The translations under genes and the position numbers were made by a program. From assembly GCA_002633005.1 (NCBI GenBank), contig NMRA01000049.1:124001-188000 (forward strand): DNA of 64,000 bases. Reading direction: 5' to 3'. Every line of letters starts with the position of its first letter. Within the stretch, counting starts at the first letter, position 1. The notes beneath the pieces are model-generated. The model did not search any database. It was not told the DNA's origin and saw only the letters and a program-made list of their open reading frames with translations. Shown here piece after piece: positions 58,300 through 64,000 of this stretch. Source of the DNA: Phoronis australis. Taxonomy: Eukaryota; Animalia; Phoronida.

Positions 58300-61200
58300 C
58301 TGGCTGAGAAGATAGTTGTTTTATTACTCCCTATGGATTAGTGAATAGCTACGCCCAGAATGATGGTCTTTGTAATTCTTGGCTGACATGTGCAATTTCC
58401 ATCCTTGTCTTGTGGCTAGACCTGGCATTCATGCTGAAGTTCATCCCAGTAGACTTTTTCTGCCACTGAGAAATTCTACTTTATTGCACATTCTCCAGGC
58501 AAAAAGTCTCAGCATGGTTCAAATTTCTTAGAAAAAATCAGATTGTCTAGTTTTCGCTGAAGCCTGAGTTTTTGCGTCATTACCTCAGCTTAACAGGTCC
58601 CATATTGCGTTTATTAGTGGTCACTTCAGTTTCAGGCTGTTTTGGTAAATTTCGAGAAACTATGTTAAAGTAATGAAATAGGTTAGGCTTCTTGGCTATC
58701 ATCCCATTATTTTTCACTGATATAAGCTGGACCCTCTTCGCCCTATTTTTTTATTAGGTATGCCATATTCTTAGCTAGTATAATCCTCGGTTGACTGTTT
58801 TTCACAGCCGAATTAGCAGGACCCCAAAATGTTGAAAGTTGTTCCTAGAATCCAATGTTTGAAAATGAAGGGCGAACACTGTTTAAAGCCTAACCTCCGC
58901 CTAAAATTGAGAAGTCAAATGTTGACAGTTCTTGGAACTGGTGTCACATACACAGGGTCAGTAGGTCTCTGCCAAGGTATTAGGAGCGTGTAATGTACTT
59001 AGCACGTCAGCTGGTGTGGTCAAGGTTGTGAGATTATAGTTGAATTTTATACCTGAGTCAAGCCATTTTTGTTGGCATGATAGTTTGTAAATGTTATTGT
59101 TCTTCTGATGGTCAGCAGTGCGTATTGTAGAAACTGTGTTTGAACGTTCTAAAATTGAATTCACAGTCTTAGTTATGGTTTGTGTAATAGTATTGCAGAT
59201 TTAGTCATAAATTACAGGAAGCGGGAGTTACTTTCTAAACGTTGTTCAGAATTTAGATTCTCGTGTGTTCTTGTCAGGATGATACTATTGAGTCTTGAAG
59301 CGGTTACATATGAAAGTGGACTGTTTCAACTCAGTCGGTGTCCACCTCGTGCGCTGATGTTATTCTGGGCAAGTTTGTCTAAGTAGTGCTACTTAATGGT
59401 TTGTTCCGTTGACCACTTTCAAGTCAATAGTTCTAATACGTCTGATATTGTCTGTGCTAATATTGATAAATAATACCGGTGATTCGTTGTTGATAAGTGT
59501 ATTGACTGCTTACAGCGAATTTTAGTCCTTTGTTTTCATAACGAATAAGAGGGGCGGCAAGGCTTGGCTCCCGTCATCCGGGAATGATAAAAAAGGAAAA
59601 CTGTGGAGGCGTAAGATTTTAGGGCTGTCGCGAACTTTTGTCCTTTGGAAATTGTAGTCGACCCCATCGGTAGATTTACCGTTATAATACCTATTGATGT
59701 TGTTTTCACTGGATAAAGTACACGTAACATTTTAAGCTTGTCTTAAAGGAATAATATCGGTTCTTCGACAGTAACGTGATAGACGTCTTGAAGTTAATGG
59801 CCTAGCTTGATTAGAGTATAAAACAACAAAATATGTTGTGCTTTTTGTGATTCATTACAAATCGCTAAGCCTGTGGTCTGTCTGGTTTAACGTTTATTTT
59901 TGAATTTACCAATTTTCGACTGGGATTTAGCCGGGTCCGCCTCACGGCGGTTACAGGTTGATCTCGGAGAATCTTTTCTCGTCGGTAATATCCCTTTAAC
60001 TGTCAGATTTGTGTTCTTATAAAGTGGTTTGTGTTGCCGAAAAGTAACTGCTTTATTGAGTGAATGATAAAGTTGTCTTGTTTTGAGATTACAGAATTCT
60101 AGTATGTTTCCGAATAATTATAATACTGTATAAAGCGTTTGCGCAGTTGAAATGTCCCGTTTACAGTGACAGGTAGTATTTCCTTTTTGACCTCTGTCAC
60201 TTTCTGTTTAGATCTATTGAAAATAAAAATGCTACTGCAAATGACAGTATACGCCGTTGTTACTTTATTTTCGTATTGTGGGGGTATGTGGCTCTGGGAT
60301 AACACTCCAATCGATTCACGGCGTTGACAAAACCGACTGGACGACGTCGTAACAACTTACCATACTCGCGGGATTCAGTTTGGTTTTACTGTTGTGGCAG
60401 AAGAGGGAAATCCTAAAAGAGGAAACGATTAGCCCTACGGATTGTATAATGTTCTAAGAGTTTTTACAAGCGGAGCTGTAGGGGTAGCAGGGGTCTCGTC
60501 TTCACCTGTGCCATTGGTGCATATGTATAGACTCCCGCTTACATTTGTTGCAGTGCCACATCATTGGCGATGGGGTGTGAAGTGATCTGCAAGAAGTGTA
60601 CGCTCCCCTCTCACCCTTTTGCTTTGAACAGGGTCCGAAGCAAACCCGAGATGAAGCGGTTTATTTACAACACACCCACATCCTCTGTCGTAGCTGTGCC
60701 ACTATTTTTTACAAACTCCAATAATTTAATTAGCTATAGATTGTCATGTGATAAATTTTTGTATTTTTCATCGGCATTTCAATCATTTAATTTTCCCAAG
60801 TGTATTTTCGATCATATTTCACATGGAGACGACAGGATCGAAACCGTCAGGAGGTGGCAGCAGGAGTAGGCTTATACTTACGACCGGCGGACGGAGGACT
60901 CCGATTTGGGCAGCGAAACGTGAGACATAAATCAAGATTAAAAACAAAACATTATTTTGTAAACTGCCAGCCGAGTGCCGCCTTGGTGGATGAATCTTGT
61001 TAGTGGGGTCCCAGTTTCGTTAAAATGTACAGCATGTTGCATCGCCTACACGGTACAAAAACGCCAGGGCACCTAACCGAGCAAAATTGGTGTACGCAGA
61101 TATTCTAGAGTGTATTATTGGAACACATGATGATAGCAACGAATGCCAAGAAACCAAACAGTGAGACTAATTTTGACTAGAATCTAAGTGTTTTGAAGAA

Positions 61201-62248
61201 CTTGTAGGCCGCCATTTGTGAATTATATACAATGACAACATGACTCGATCACCGCGATAGTTTAATGGTGACAAAAGTATTTGCACTTTTTCCGAAAGAA
61301 AATCCTAAGATTAATAAGTTTGTGTTAAATATCGTTATTTAAGAAACCATTGATTGTGGTAAAAGAGTTTGTGGGACACTCGTTGTCCGCGGTCATAGTT
61401 GTCGCCAGCACTGTGTTCTACGATGGACATCGACTGATCATTTATTGAAGATTTCTAGAACTTTACAACCGTAACCATTCGGTCGAACCAATGTAGGATT
61501 TAGCTTTGACACGCCTAAAAACTCATGAAACTTTTTGGGGGTAAGATTCCTAGACCGCGTACCCGGGGATAGCTAGCACGTCGAATTCATGAGGCATCTC
61601 ATACTACTGAGGCTAACAGGTGGCGTATTCGTCAACCCAACGCCTAAACGAACTAAGCCGGACTGTGACTAACACGTCCTTACTAATCAATTCACAAATT
61701 ACGGAGAAAATAAATCTGAAACTAAATAAGGCGATCCAGATCCTCCCAAGGATACTATTGTTTCACGAAATGTAGAATAAACTTTATTTCTGTTTTTGTT
61801 GACAAAGGACGTTATTAAATCCGAAAATTTCAGTCGATCCATTCTTGTTTTATTTACCTATTTATATTTTACAAATTACGGTAAATGCGCATGACCGTTA
61901 GCCGCGGTGGTGAAGAGGACCTTTTTCGTTAATTTCTCTCATAATGCGTCGATTTTAAATAAGACCACTAATATTTGCTTTCTATCTTAAAAACTATCAT
62001 TACTTGTGTTGTTTGTTTGCCTTCCTTATTGGTCGTTTTCGGTACTTTGACTCTCTATACGCCAAACAGGCGCGTTTTGATTTACGAGCGTCACTGTCTC
62101 ATCAAATACACATTCGGCAAGCCCACGAATAGCAACTAGTTCACTTCTGTGACGTCACCGGCCATTAGTCTTTGGTGTGAACAATGCACGTTTTCTCGTC
62201 CACTTGCGTGTAAATCCTGTTAGCATATGTCTATAATGTTCAGCGGAT

Positions 62249-62499
62249 CATGCGCGCACCCAGCCTTAGATATGGGGGTGGGGGGGGCTCGAATTCCCGA
62301 CGTTGTGGACCATTTGCTAACAAAGGCGGACTAAAAAAAGGGAGCACCTCTGTGAATTGCGACTTTGCGCTTGTCAAGTTTAGTGGACTTTTGTCCCATT
62401 TTCTCGGACTTTTTGGCTCTCGGGTGCGGACCTTTTTGCCCACTTCGCCAATTGGGGGGCTCATTCGAGCCCCCGAGCCCCCGCTTGGGTGCGCGCATG
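62249..62499. mobile_element. MITE with perfect 14-bp TIRs and 5-bp TSD
   Basis: CATGCGCGCACCCA / TGGGTGCGCGCATG; CGGAT on both flanks. Confidence 0.85.
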
Positions 62500-64000
62500 C
62501 GGATGCCTATCAGGCATAGGTGTGCGTATGCTTCTTGGTAGCCAGCCAGCTAGCTGTATGAAGACTGTCGTCAAAATACAGCTAGGTACCACTGTGTGTA
62601 TTTCTTCCGTAGACCCCGAAATTGCACACAGCCAGGATAGTTCTGCTCGACACCTTTCTGTGAAACTTGTATCAACATCTAAAGCTAAAAACCGGACGGG
62701 GTGCATGCAACATCTGGGAATCAACCGATACTCACCTTGCCCGTTACAGCTGTTTAACTGAAAAACAATGTAATGAACGTCATTTTCTTGCGTAACTCTC
62801 CGCCACTTCTAACAATGAAAAGTATGTCGTCGTTTCGAAAACAATACGCTCGTGTCACCCGCACGCGCCATTTCCTAAATTTTCGCGACAACTTCGGAAA
62901 AGCAAAATTTGTTCTGAAATTCGGTTTTTCGGTATCGGAATTCTAAAAAATTGTAATGAAGTGAAACCAGTTCCAATAATTTGTTGTGATGTGTACGCAA
63001 GCTCGTGAAAGAACAGCAGTTGATTGAAGAATCGGCGAAAAAAGAAACTGGCCAATAGGTGACGCAATATTTCATGGCGCCGAAAGCCGTCGCTAAAGAT
63101 CGCTCCACAACTTTAGCACCAGAATAACGGTAGAACGCCATTTTTTCCAACACTGTTAAATAATTTTGTTTACTCAAGGAAGACTGTAGTTTTTAATGAC
63201 ACTAATTTTGTGTCAGATTTTATCTTACCACTTTTTTACCCACATCGGTGCAAAGCTGTAGGTACTAGTATATTTATATACACCTATGTACCAAGGCTAG
63301 CTTCTTGGCCATGTAAAACATGTTGTCTAAGTAACAATTATTAGGAAACCCATGTGTCCATGATTTTTGCCTTTTAGTTTTTGGTCACGGCAAATGAGAC
63401 GAACATGTCACTGAAGGTCATTTTACTATCATAAATTGTAATTTGCAGCATTGAACTCTAGCCCTGGAATGCCAACTCTAGTTCGATCTCGCGCTGTTTG
63501 AGGTTCCGCCGCGCATGCTTGTCATTTGTTTGCATTTTTTGTTCCGGTGTTGATAATTCCTATGGAATTTACTGCCACTGACACTTTTCGCAACTCCGCC
63601 GTTTTTCAACCAACTTGCAAAACCGTCATGTCATTAGAAAGTCCTTCATCAGTTCTGCATTACCTTAGTATTTGATATTATATCAGCTTCGCACAGTTGC
63701 GTGTTGTTAGTGTCGCCGTGTGTCAAAAAGCGGACATTATGATGGTGTGACTGAATGGCGGAAAAATTCAAAAGCTGGGATAGTCCGCTAAGATCGGGAC
63801 AACTGTTAAGTATAATGTACGCTGTCAGCAGCATTAAGTGTTGAATTGGATTTTTACAAGGTAAACTTTGCATTTTTAAAATGTTAACCCACGGGTATAG
63901 GTAAGATAACTTTCACTGTCGAATTATCAAAAAGTACCTGGGCAACAGATAAACTTTGCACAAATGAATTATTATAGAAACATTTGAAAACAGTAATATT

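Overview
AT-rich eukaryotic (metazoan invertebrate, plausibly lophotrochozoan) genomic DNA with spliceosomal introns and small assembly gaps. There are three reconstructable multi-exon genes. (1) A secreted protein on + (24883-33994): signal peptide, Pro/Thr/Ser mucin tract, chitin-binding type 2 (CBM14)-like domain and a Ly6/uPAR (LU, three-finger) domain with no GPI signal; a decayed tandem paralog lies upstream (14140-20732). (2) NDUFB4 on - (37451-40804). (3) The Polycomb gene Scm (2xMBT-SLED-SAM) on + (43569-55720), head-to-head with NDUFB4 around a very short palindromic, probably bidirectional promoter. The rest is mostly transposon debris: three internally deleted Kolobok elements (THAP and KolX remnants, TTAA sites), LINE fragments, a tRNA-derived SINE, a solo LTR that is present in only one copy of a probable haplotype duplication, MITEs, foldback elements and minisatellites. 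All gene models were built by hand from splice signals, phase and protein motifs; no database search was run.
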